The translations under genes were made by a program, and so were the position numbers. The notes under the pieces are model-generated. The model saw only the letters and a list, made by a program, of their open reading frames with translations, was not told the DNA's origin and searched no databases. A DNA stretch of 64,000 nt from Vicinamibacterales bacterium (GTDB lineage Bacteria > Acidobacteriota > Vicinamibacteria > Vicinamibacterales > UBA2999): positions 1,581-65,580 of the forward strand of contig JBBQSP010000016.1 of assembly GCA_038213735.1 (NCBI GenBank), read 5' to 3'. Positions 20,408-28,560 of this stretch are shown piece after piece; position 1 is the stretch's first letter, and the number at the start of each line of letters is the position of its first letter.

Positions 20408-21445
20408 TTAATCCAAGAAGGCCCCCAAGCAATCGCCCAGCACCTCGATGGCGTAGCCGCCTTCCTGGACCACCAGTGTCGGTAGCCGCAACTCGCGCAC
20501 CCGGTGCCCGATGGCGCCGAAGTCCTCGGCCTCGAGCTGCAGCACGCCAATGGGATCACGGGCGTGGGCATCGAAGCCAAGCGCCACGACCAGCGCGTCC
20601 GCTCCGAACTGCTGGATGCGGTCGCAGGCGGAGTCCACCGCCGCCATCATCGCGCCGCCGGTCGAGCCGTGGACCAGCGGCAGGTTGAGGTTGAAGCCGT
20701 CGCCCTCGCCGATGCCGGTTTCGCCCGGGTAGCCCGTGAAGAACGGATAGTAGTTCTTCGGGTCGGCGTGGATCGACACGGTCAGCACGTCGGCCCGAGA
20801 GTAGAAGATCTGCTGCGTGCCGTCGCCGTGATGGGCCTCCACGTCGAGAATGGCGACGCGGTTGAACGCCGACCGCAACCGTTGCGCCGCCACCGCCGTG
20901 TTGTTGACGAAGCAGAATCCTGAAGCGCGATCGGCGCGCGCGTGATGTCCCGATGGCCGGCACAGCGAGTAGACCAGGCCCTGCGACGCGACCAGCGCAT
21001 CGGCCGCCGCCACTACGGTGTTGCACGATTCGCGGATTGACTCCCAGCTGTTCGGTCCGAGCGCCACCGACAGGTCGCCCAGGTACCAGCCGGTGCGCGC
21101 GACAATGCTTTCGGCTGGACAATCGGCGCGCGCGCGATCTTCCGGGCGCCCGCTCCAATAGGGAAACGTGTTGGGCCACACCTCCGGACCGTGATCCGGC
21201 AGCATGCGCCACTGCTTCCAGGCGGTTTCCAGAAACGTCAGGAACCCGGCGGTGTGCACCGCCAGTCGGGCATCTCCGTAATCCCCTGTCGGCGCCTCCG
21301 GTTCGACACCCAGGTTGCGCAGCGCGCCGTGCAGCGCATCCACGCGCGCCGGCAGGTCTTTCGCCGCCACCACCCGGCCGTAGCGCATGAACTGCTGCGG
21401 ATCGTGTACCGCCTGCTGCGGGTGATAGAACGCTCGCATTGGCAT
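20408..21445 (-). CDS. histone deacetylase / acetylpolyamine amidohydrolase family protein
   Basis: Carries the motifs RPSGHHA, DVEAHHGDGTQ and GGYA, typical of arginase-fold deacetylases. Confidence 0.88.
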   Translation of the reverse strand: MPMRAFYHPQQAVHDPQQFMRYGRVVAAKDLPARVDALHGALRNLGVEPEAPTGDYGDARLAVHTAGFLTFLETAWKQWRMLPDHGPEVWPNTFPYWSGRPEDRARADCPAESIVARTGWYLGDLSVALGPNSWESIRESCNTVVAAADALVASQGLVYSLCRPSGHHARADRASGFCFVNNTAVAAQRLRSAFNRVAILDVEAHHGDGTQQIFYSRADVLTVSIHADPKNYYPFFTGYPGETGIGEGDGFNLNLPLVHGSTGGAMMAAVDSACDRIQQFGADALVVALGFDAHARDPIGVLQLEAEDFGAIGHRVRELRLPTLVVQEGGYAIEVLGDCLGAFLD

Positions 21446-21472
21446 TGCCAGATTCTATTGAAGTCTTTGCCG

Positions 21473-21512
21473 CCTGATCTCCTGATCTCCTGATCTCCTG
21501 ATCTCCTTATCT
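21473..21512 (-). repeat. tandem octamer array (CCTGATCT x4 plus one degenerate unit); reads AGATAAGG(AGATCAGG)4 on the coding strand
   Basis: Direct reading of 21473..21512. The array lies between the mug stop (the degenerate unit supplies the TAA) and the deacetylase ATG 27 nt downstream. No complementary arm is nearby. Confidence 0.85.
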
Positions 21513-22052
21513 GCTGTTGACCCTCCTGCGCAGCGCCCGGAACGCTGCCAGCATTTCCGAGTACGTGAAGTTCGCGTTGCGCCCGCTCGGGTTGGGCAGC
21601 ACGAACACTTCGGTGTCGCCTATGCGTTCGGGCTGCAGTCCCAGCGTCACCGCGTCCTTGCGCTCGGGAAACATCGCGCGGAACACCGTGACGCCGACCA
21701 TGGCAATGACTGGCGGCTTGTAGCGCAGCACCTTGCGCCGCAGCCGCAGCCGTCCGGCCACGTACTCTGCCGGCGCCAGCGTGCTGATGCTGGGCGTCGC
21801 CCGCGGCACGATGTTGGTGATGCCGTAGCCAAACTCCGGCAGCCGGTCATCGTCCTCAAAGGTGATGCGCTCGGGCACCAGCTTCGACTCGAACAGCAGC
21901 CTCCAGAAGCGGTTCGAGAAGCCGGCGAAGTGGTGACCGGATTCAGCGGAGCGGACGCCGGGATTGATCCCGACAAACAGCACGCGCACGCCGGGCTTGA
22001 TGCGATCGCGGAGCGGCGGGTACTCGGAGAAGTGCTTGTGGGGACCGGTCAC
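21507..22052 (-). CDS. mug: G/U mismatch-specific (Mug-type) uracil-DNA glycosylase
   Basis: Carries LFVGINPGVRSAESGHHFAGFSNRFWRLL and VLPNPSGRNA. The GTG start at 22052 overlaps the stop of the upstream gene (GTGA). The rest of track ORF 21507..22715 is an out-of-gene extension. Confidence 0.85.
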   Translation of the reverse strand: MTGPHKHFSEYPPLRDRIKPGVRVLFVGINPGVRSAESGHHFAGFSNRFWRLLFESKLVPERITFEDDDRLPEFGYGITNIVPRATPSISTLAPAEYVAGRLRLRRKVLRYKPPVIAMVGVTVFRAMFPERKDAVTLGLQPERIGDTEVFVLPNPSGRNANFTYSEMLAAFRALRRRVNSR

Positions 22053-22810
22053 TTCGTCGGGAACAGCCGCTTCTCGGCCGCCACCATCTCTTCGTTGGCC
22101 TTCTGGAACCGGTCGCGATCGGCCGGCGTGTCGGGGATGCGGCCCAGGTTCATGCCCTGCACAATCTTGAAGGCCTCGAAGTACTGCGCGTCTTGCAGCA
22201 GGCGCGCCTGCTTGCGGCCGAACTCGAGCATGAACCGGCCCTTGATGGTGGCGGCCATCGACGGCCACTTTGCTGCCGGCGTCTTGAAGCCCTTGGCGTT
22301 GGCGAACTCCGGGTAGAACGCCTGCGGCGACGGCACCACCGTCCAGCGTTCCAGCCGATCCATCACCGTCGCAAACTGTTTCGGCTGCACCATGATGGCC
22401 GAGTTGACGTTGTGGCCAATGGTCTTGCGCAGGAAGCTGAGGTAGCGCGCGGTATCGCCGGTTTCGGGCGTGCCGGGAATGTAGTAGCGCGAAAAGTCGA
22501 ACGACGCGCGCAACTGCGCCGCATAGAACAGGAACGCCGCGTCCTCGAGCCGGTTCAGCGAGAACGCCGTCTGCGAGGCGAAGAACAGCAGCATGGGGCT
22601 GACGAGCGACGTGTCGGCGGTGATGGCGTTGACGACGGTCGTGAGGTGAGCCGGGGTGCCGGTAAACGCATCGCCCGCGGGGCTGTCGTTGGTCCACACC
22701 AGCGTCTTCAGCCATTCAACCGTCACCCTGGTCTGCGCCAATGCCGGGCTGGCCACGCCCAACAACAAGGCCATCATCATCCCACCAGCAATCGTCCGTC
22801 CGCGTGTCAT
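22049..22810 (-). CDS. hypothetical secreted protein
   Basis: The ATG at 22810 gives MTRGRTIAGGMMMALLLGVASPALAQ (signal peptide). The composition is coding-like. I recognise no family. It is translationally coupled to mug. Confidence 0.6.
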   Translation of the reverse strand: MTRGRTIAGGMMMALLLGVASPALAQTRVTVEWLKTLVWTNDSPAGDAFTGTPAHLTTVVNAITADTSLVSPMLLFFASQTAFSLNRLEDAAFLFYAAQLRASFDFSRYYIPGTPETGDTARYLSFLRKTIGHNVNSAIMVQPKQFATVMDRLERWTVVPSPQAFYPEFANAKGFKTPAAKWPSMAATIKGRFMLEFGRKQARLLQDAQYFEAFKIVQGMNLGRIPDTPADRDRFQKANEEMVAAEKRLFPTK

Positions 22811-22881
22811 CTCCCTATCTTGTCCCGAAACCGGCAAGCCCGGCAGGGCGTCTACGACCACTGGGGTGTGCAATGTTGGAT

Positions 22882-22895
22882 CGATATCAATATCG
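22882..22895. promoter_or_regulatory. palindrome CGATAT-CA-ATATCG in an AT-rich divergent promoter region upstream of vapB (candidate antitoxin operator)
   Basis: The palindrome is seen directly. It lies 29 nt upstream of the vapB ATG (22924), and a second small palindrome CATA-N6-TATG follows. The functional assignment is an inference. Confidence 0.3.
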
Positions 22896-22923
22896 TCATA
22901 CGATGTTATGATCGATCGGAATC

Positions 22924-23130
22924 ATGGAGACAATCACGATCTCGCCAAAGTTCCAGGTGGTCATCCCGAAAGCCATCCGCGAGCGCCTCAAGTTACGTTC
23001 GGGCCAGAAGGTTCAGGCCATCCTGTATGGCGACCGCATTGAGTTGGTACCCGTGCGGCCGGCGAAGGCGATGAAGGGCTTTCTGAAGGGCATCGACACC
23101 ACCGTCGCGCGCGAGGACGACCGGCTGTGA
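22924..23130 (+). CDS. vapB: AbrB/MazE/SpoVT-family antitoxin (VapB-type)
   Basis: The sequence ISPKFQVVIPKAIRERLKLRSGQKV..GDRIELVP is a swapped-hairpin AbrB-like fold. A GTGA overlap links it to the downstream PIN gene. Confidence 0.85.
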   Translation: METITISPKFQVVIPKAIRERLKLRSGQKVQAILYGDRIELVPVRPAKAMKGFLKGIDTTVAREDDRL

Positions 23131-23507
23131 ACGTCGTCGATTCGTCGGGGTGGCTCGAGTACTTCGCCGGTGGCCCGAACGCGAACTTCTTCGCCAAGCC
23201 GATCGAAGCGACCGCGGAACTGGTGGTTCCGACGCTGAGCCTGTACGAAGTCTTCAAGAAGATCGCCCAGCAGCGCGGCGAGGGCGACGCGCTCCAGGCA
23301 GTGGCCGTCATGCAACAGGGCAAGGTCGTCGAACTCTCGTCGACCCTGGCTTTGTCAGCGGCCCAAGTCAGCCTGCAGTTGTCCATTCCAATGGCCGACA
23401 GCGTGATCCTGGCAACGGCGCGGGCCGCGGATGCCCTGCTATGGACCCAGGACGCCGACTTCGCAACGGTTCCCGGTGTGCGATACGTAGCGAAGAAGAA
23501 CGGCTAA
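23127..23507 (+). CDS. vapC: PIN-domain toxin VapC
   Basis: Has the N-terminal VVDSSGWLEYF and C-terminal ADSVILATA..LWTQDADF acidic PIN residues. It is 126 aa and paired with an antitoxin. Confidence 0.85.
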   Translation: MNVVDSSGWLEYFAGGPNANFFAKPIEATAELVVPTLSLYEVFKKIAQQRGEGDALQAVAVMQQGKVVELSSTLALSAAQVSLQLSIPMADSVILATARAADALLWTQDADFATVPGVRYVAKKNG

Positions 23508-23579
23508 TCCCCTCGAAGCGCCTGTGATGGCGGGACACTGCTCGCGCGGAGGGACGGGTTGACTTGGCCATTGACTCTT

Positions 23580-23595
23580 GCCATATGCGTATGGC
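23580..23595. promoter_or_regulatory. palindrome GCCATA-TGCG-TATGGC upstream of the second vapB, preceded by a direct TTGACT repeat (23559-23564, 23571-23576)
   Basis: Seen directly. A further GTATGGC half-site abuts the ATG at 23609. The operator/promoter role is inferred. Confidence 0.3.
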
Positions 23596-23608
23596 TCAAT
23601 CGTATGGC

Positions 23609-23824
23609 ATGAAGAAGACCCTGCACATCGACGCCGAGCTCCTGCGCCAGGCTCGAGCCGCCAGTGGCGCCAAGAGCGACACCGACGCCGTCCGTCTTGG
23701 ACTAGAGGCGCTGGTCCGCCAGGGCGCCTACGACCGGCTGCGGGCGTTACGAGGTAACGAGCCGCGCGCGGCCGACACGCGGCGCCGGCGCGAAGCGGCT
23801 GACGCCAAACACTCGGTGGCGTAA
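23609..23824 (+). CDS. vapB: VapB-type antitoxin (ribbon-helix-helix-like, DUF2191-like)
   Basis: MKKTLHIDAELLRQARAASGAKSDTDAVRLGLEALV is typical of this antitoxin family. The ATG at 23609 was chosen within ORF 23564..23824. A TAATG junction links it to the downstream PIN gene. Confidence 0.8.
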   Translation: MKKTLHIDAELLRQARAASGAKSDTDAVRLGLEALVRQGAYDRLRALRGNEPRAADTRRRREAADAKHSVA

Positions 23825-24195
23825 TGGTGCTCGTCGATACGTCGGTCTGGATTCGCTTCCTGTCCAATCGAGTGCCGTATGCGGGCGGACTGGAGAAGCT
23901 GCTCGCGGAGGGAGAGGTCTGCGGTCACGACTTCGTTCTCGGCGAGTTGTTGATTGGCGACAAGGGTGGGCGTCACGAGTTGCTGAAGGACTATGCCCTG
24001 ATACACCGGGCGCCGGTTGTTCCGCATCAGGAGGTCGTGGCGTTCGTCCGCCACCGGCACCTTGAAGGCCGCGGCATTGGTTGGATCGATGCGCACCTGC
24101 TCGCGTCTGCGCTGGTCGGCCGGGCCACTCTATGGACGGCTGATTCGCGGCTCGCGGCGGTCGCGAGCGAGCTCGGAATCGGTTACGAGAGTTAG
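23824..24195 (+). CDS. vapC: PIN-domain toxin VapC
   Basis: Carries MVLVDTSVWIRFL, GELLIG, IGWIDAHLLASAL and LWTADSRL (conserved PIN Asp positions). Confidence 0.85.
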   Translation: MVLVDTSVWIRFLSNRVPYAGGLEKLLAEGEVCGHDFVLGELLIGDKGGRHELLKDYALIHRAPVVPHQEVVAFVRHRHLEGRGIGWIDAHLLASALVGRATLWTADSRLAAVASELGIGYES

Positions 24196-24566
24196 GCTGC
24201 GTTGCATTCCTACGACGGCTTCTCGACGATCAGGGTGTGGCCGCCATAGCCGCCGCCGTCCACGGCGCGGCCAAGTTGGGGTTGGCCGATCACCTGGCCA
24301 ACGGTCCTCGCACGGCCGAGGAACTCGCGGCGACAACCGGCACGCACGCGCCGAGCCTCTATCGTTTCCTTCGCACCCTCGCCGGTTTCGGCATCGTCAC
24401 CGAGGCCGATGCCCAGCGATTTGCGCTGACGCCTCTCGGTGAGGCGCTGAAGACCGGTGCCAGCGCATCGTTCCAACCACCTCTGTTGTCAGCATCATCG
24501 AGGCCGTGCCTGCTTAACAAGGGGGGTGGACCCATACTTCATCAGTTGGAATCGGCTCGTCGGTGA
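24196..24566 (+). pseudogene. remnant of an O-methyltransferase gene (only part of the N-terminal winged-helix/dimerisation domain remains)
   Basis: AAKLGLADHLANGPRTAEELAATTGTHAPSLYRFLRTLAGFGIVTEADAQRFALTPLGEALKTG matches the usual OMT dimerisation-domain pattern. Similarity stops near 24470. No SAM-binding domain follows, and the 5' part is cut by the vapC stop. Confidence 0.6.
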
Positions 24567-24661
24567 CCTTGAGCGGGGACGCGAGTTCGAACCTCACGAG
24601 CCTTCCTGACTGAAACGCTACTCGACCCGGGGACGTCACAGGCGACCCGAATTCAGCGACC

Positions 24662-27600
24662 TCAGCGAGCAGCAGCGGCGGCGGTGAGCCTGCGCTTGAT
24701 CGGGAAGTCGTCATCCGCGACAGCCAGCGCCGCCCGCAGCTGTACCTCCAGCGCCTTGCCCTCCGCGGTGCGACCCACGCGGCGGTAGAGCGCCGCGAGC
24801 CGTTCCCGAGCGAGCAGCCAGTCCTGGTCGCCGGTCGTGAGAAGACCGGGAGGCGTCGAGGCAGACTCCAGTGCCGCCACCGCACGCGACAGTTCTCCGT
24901 TGGCGACGAGTGCGTCGGCGAAGAGGCGCTGCACTCGCCGCCAGCGTCCTGTGTGTTCGCGCGACCCGTGATTCGCGAGAAAGCGCTCGAATTTCTCGAT
25001 CGCCTCTGTCGCCTTGCCATTCACCAGTGCGAGCTGGCCCTCGAGCATCAGCAGATACTGGGAAAAATTGCCGGGCCTATCGGCTTCCATCCGGCGATGG
25101 GCGTCGATCAGGCGTTGGCTCTCATCCAGGAGGCCCGCCTCCAGGAAGGCTGACGCCACGCCACCTCCGTCCTCGAGTCTGGGGAAGTGGTGCGCGAGCA
25201 GTGTTCGTAACGCTGGCAAGTCCTCGCGGACGGAGGCGACGATCACCTCCGAGTTCCTGCGGTGGGGCCAGGGCGAGACGTCACGCATGAGCTCGTCGGC
25301 TGCGCGGAGCTGCCCGAGGTCGAGGTACATCCGCCACAGCGGCCGCGCGACTCTGGCTCGCTCCTTCGGACCGAGTGTGGCCATGTTCCGGCGGAGGTCG
25401 TCGGCGACGCGAAGGGCGTCGTGAGCCCGATCGGACAGCCACGCCTCGCGGGCAGGCACCAGACGAGCGAAAGCTACGTGCATCGCCTGCGCGTCTCCGA
25501 CGGGATCGAGTGTCGCGGCACGCGTCGTGTAGTGGCGCACGAGATCGAGGCGACCTGGCTGCCCGGACATGATGCTGTCGGCGGCCGCCAGCTGCCACCT
25601 GGCGACGCTCGGACGCAGCTCGGCGAGCCGCATGGCCACATCGGGATTCGGTGTGCCGGTCAACTGGTAGAAGTTGACACAGCCGATCAGCACATCCGGA
25701 TCGTCGGGCCGCAGTTGGAGCTGTTCTTCGCAACTGGCGATGAGCGCGCGGGCGTGAACTGTCGTCTCGGGCTCCGGTGGGTTCATCAGAAACCTGATGA
25801 AGTGCCGCTGCTCTTCGGCCTGAATCTGCTCGAAGCGACTGACACCCGACGACACGGCGATCGCCCGCTCGGCGTGTTCGAGGGCTTCATCCAGACGGGA
25901 GGCCTGCCCGCGCTCGCCTACGAGGCGGACGACGATCGCGAGCTGCACGTGTGCTGCGACAAACGCCGGATCAGTCTGGATAGCCGCTCTCAGCAGACGC
26001 TCGGCTCGCGGCTCCTGCTCGAGGTAGAGCCCCTCTCCATCGCGTAGCGCCAACGCCTCGGCATAGAGCTGCAGGGCCGGCAGCGACGCGGTCGTGACAC
26101 TCGGCAGGGGAGCGGCTGGTTCGGGGAGGCGACTCAGCGTGTCCAAGTCTCGCTGCAGGTCCTGCGCCAGGCGCCTGACGGTGTCCACGATGGCGCCATA
26201 CCGCACCGGGGCGCTCGCGGCGCCGGCGAGGCTCGCGCCGTCGTCTGTCGTGCGCGCCTCCAGGCTCACGACATACGCGTTGCCGGAGCGCTCGACGCGG
26301 CCCGTCACGAGCGCCACGACATCCCCGGCACGTCTGGCCACGTCGCGAGCGACGTCGACATCGAGCCGTGTGTTGGCCGGGCGCCGAAGCAGAGCCAGCG
26401 TCTCCTCGACGCGCGCCACTGGAACGACGCCGAACGAAGATGCTCCGGACATCGCCCGCGCCAGCGTTGGCCCCAGCGTGCCGTCCAGGGGCGACTCGCC
26501 CGTCCGGTTCTCGAACGCCGCTACGAGCACGAGTCTGGTGGTCGTGGGCGCCACGGGCGCGGCGACTACCTCCAACCGCGCTGGCTGGCCAAGGACGTAC
26601 AGTGCGGCGCCCACACCCAGCGCGAGGACGGCGGCCATCGCCCCCATCCGGGGGCCGCGCTTCTTCGCGCCGTTCGGAGCCGCTGAGTGCTCGAAGGCCG
26701 ACGCCATGGCGGCGCCGCTTTCGAAACGCCTCGCGGCAACTGGATCGAGCGCACGCGCGATCGCCCGCCGTAACGCCTCCGGCAGGTCGGGACGGAGAGT
26801 GTCGATCGATCGCCGTGCTCCGAGCGCGTGTGCGTCTCGCAGCTCGCGAAGCGACCGCCCTGGCACGACGTGCTGCCCGGTCGCTAAATGGAACAGCAAC
26901 GCGCCAAGGCTGTACAGGTCACTCTGCGGCGTAGCGGGCTGGCGTGCAAAGATCTCCGGTGCCACATACGCCGGCGTTCCCGCGAGACCGCCGCGGTCAT
27001 CGTCTGGCTCGTCGAGTTCGAGTCCCGTCCCGAAATCTCCGAGCAGGATGCGGCCGCTCGTCTCCCGGAGCACGTTCTGCGCCTTCACGTCCCGGTGCAC
27101 CAGCCCGGCACGGTGCACCGCGTCGAGGGCACGAGCCAGCTCGGCGCCCACTCGCAGCAGCTCGTTGGCATCGAACAGGCCCCGCTCAGCAAGCTCGGCG
27201 GCCAACGTTCGGCCGCCGACGAGCTCCATCCAGAGACCGGAGACGCCGTCGATGCGCTGGGCGCCGTGGATGGTGACCACGTTCGGATGGCGCACACGCG
27301 CCATCAGCCGGCCCTCGGAGACAACGCGGCTTCCCGGGATGTCGGCCCCGTCAGCGTGCCGGATCAGCTTCAGTGCCACGTCACGATCGAGCGCTGGATC
27401 CCACGCGCGGTAGACGTCGCCGAACTTGCCGCGCCCTATGTGTCCCCGAATTTCCAGGCCGCCCCAGGTGTCTCCGGGCGCCAGCACGACGCGCCCGGCC
27501 GCGTCCCCCGAGCGGGCCGTCCACGTCGTCATGAGCCCATGGATGGAATGCACCGCTCGGAGCTTCGCGATGACGCCGCGCTCCACCGCATCGGCCGTTC

Positions 27601-27730
27601 CGCTCTCGGCCGCCGACCAGTCGGGGTTGCGTCCGTCGGCGACGGCCTCGGCCAGATCGATGATGCGGGCGGATTTGAGCACCGAAGACTCCCTTCGACC
27701 TGGCGTGCCAGGCCCACGAGCATCAAACAC
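24662..27730 (-). CDS. Ser/Thr protein kinase with one TM segment and a large extracytoplasmic TPR-containing domain
   Basis: Kinase motifs are GRGKFGDVYRAWD, VALKLI, HRDVKAQNVL, DFG and TPAYVAPE. The TM segment is MGAMAAVLALGVGAALYVLG. The C-terminal region is TPR-like. About 85 aa precede the kinase domain. Confidence 0.9.
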   Translation of the reverse strand: MFDARGPGTPGRRESSVLKSARIIDLAEAVADGRNPDWSAAESGTADAVERGVIAKLRAVHSIHGLMTTWTARSGDAAGRVVLAPGDTWGGLEIRGHIGRGKFGDVYRAWDPALDRDVALKLIRHADGADIPGSRVVSEGRLMARVRHPNVVTIHGAQRIDGVSGLWMELVGGRTLAAELAERGLFDANELLRVGAELARALDAVHRAGLVHRDVKAQNVLRETSGRILLGDFGTGLELDEPDDDRGGLAGTPAYVAPEIFARQPATPQSDLYSLGALLFHLATGQHVVPGRSLRELRDAHALGARRSIDTLRPDLPEALRRAIARALDPVAARRFESGAAMASAFEHSAAPNGAKKRGPRMGAMAAVLALGVGAALYVLGQPARLEVVAAPVAPTTTRLVLVAAFENRTGESPLDGTLGPTLARAMSGASSFGVVPVARVEETLALLRRPANTRLDVDVARDVARRAGDVVALVTGRVERSGNAYVVSLEARTTDDGASLAGAASAPVRYGAIVDTVRRLAQDLQRDLDTLSRLPEPAAPLPSVTTASLPALQLYAEALALRDGEGLYLEQEPRAERLLRAAIQTDPAFVAAHVQLAIVVRLVGERGQASRLDEALEHAERAIAVSSGVSRFEQIQAEEQRHFIRFLMNPPEPETTVHARALIASCEEQLQLRPDDPDVLIGCVNFYQLTGTPNPDVAMRLAELRPSVARWQLAAADSIMSGQPGRLDLVRHYTTRAATLDPVGDAQAMHVAFARLVPAREAWLSDRAHDALRVADDLRRNMATLGPKERARVARPLWRMYLDLGQLRAADELMRDVSPWPHRRNSEVIVASVREDLPALRTLLAHHFPRLEDGGGVASAFLEAGLLDESQRLIDAHRRMEADRPGNFSQYLLMLEGQLALVNGKATEAIEKFERFLANHGSREHTGRWRRVQRLFADALVANGELSRAVAALESASTPPGLLTTGDQDWLLARERLAALYRRVGRTAEGKALEVQLRAALAVADDDFPIKRRLTAAAAAR

Positions 27731-27764
27731 GCCAGCGGAGTGAAGCGAACACCCCGGCGCGCGA

Positions 27765-28352
27765 CTACCGAGCCCGATGCATCTCCTCGGCCAGGCGGAC
27801 CAGTGCCCTCACCACCGCCATGCGCGCCGCATCGGGCGAGGGCTTATTGAGCACGTCGGCCAGCTCCGCGTAGCTCAAATCGAACTCCACCCGGCTGACC
27901 ACGGCGTCGCGTTCCTCCGGCCTCAGGCGCGTGAGTGCCGCGTTGTACTCGTCGAGCAGCTCTTGCCCGATCGCGGCCTCCAGGGGCGAGGTGGCGTCGT
28001 CCGGCATTCTCGAGTCCAGCGTCGAGGCCACGCCGCGGCTAGCACGCTTGCGGAACTCGTTGCGGATACGGTTCATCACGGCTTGTCGCAGATACGCCTG
28101 CAATGCGCCATCGCCCCGGTGTTCGAAGCGATCGAGCTGCTTCAGGGTTTCGAGCAAGGTGTCCTGGACGAGGTCGGCCGTGTCCGCGACGTCCCGGACC
28201 CAGCGCGGCAGCCGTCCGTGCGTCCAGCGACGGAGCATGGGGAGATGCCGCTCGAAGAGCTCGTTGAGTGCGGCGTGGTCACCGGCGCGGGCGCGATCGA
28301 GAAGATCCCCAGTCAAGTCGCCAGCGTCAGGGTCGACATCGGGGGAGCGCAT
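27765..28352 (-). CDS. ECF-type sigma-70 family sigma factor (kinase-associated type)
   Basis: Region 2 is DTADLVQDTLLETL..LDRFE..GALQAYLRQAVMNRIRNEFRK. Region 4 is LRPEERDAVVSRVEFDLSYAELADVL. It sits 34 nt upstream of the kinase on the same strand, with no anti-sigma gene. Confidence 0.88.
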   Translation of the reverse strand: MRSPDVDPDAGDLTGDLLDRARAGDHAALNELFERHLPMLRRWTHGRLPRWVRDVADTADLVQDTLLETLKQLDRFEHRGDGALQAYLRQAVMNRIRNEFRKRASRGVASTLDSRMPDDATSPLEAAIGQELLDEYNAALTRLRPEERDAVVSRVEFDLSYAELADVLNKPSPDAARMAVVRALVRLAEEMHRAR

Positions 28353-28560
28353 CGGGTCGGTTCACTCTATCGCCAGGCGCGCTTCGATGGAAGCGCAATG
28401 GCTGGGCTTGAACGGGGGCAACCTCCCTGGCACACGTGGCGTGCTCTCGTGCCCGCACGCCCGGCACTCCCGGTGTTCGGTTTGTCACCGTCGCGTGTTT
28501 CCCTCTCTCACAGCCATGCCAAGCCCAACCGAACTCTTTTGTCACGCGCCCGCTCCCGGC

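Noticed and set aside
21473-21512. Possible CRISPR-like array (also considered for the 27-bp repeats at 62226..62810)
   Set aside because: The units are directly adjacent with no spacers. The unit lengths are 8 bp, or 27 bp in-frame coding. No cas genes are present in the window.
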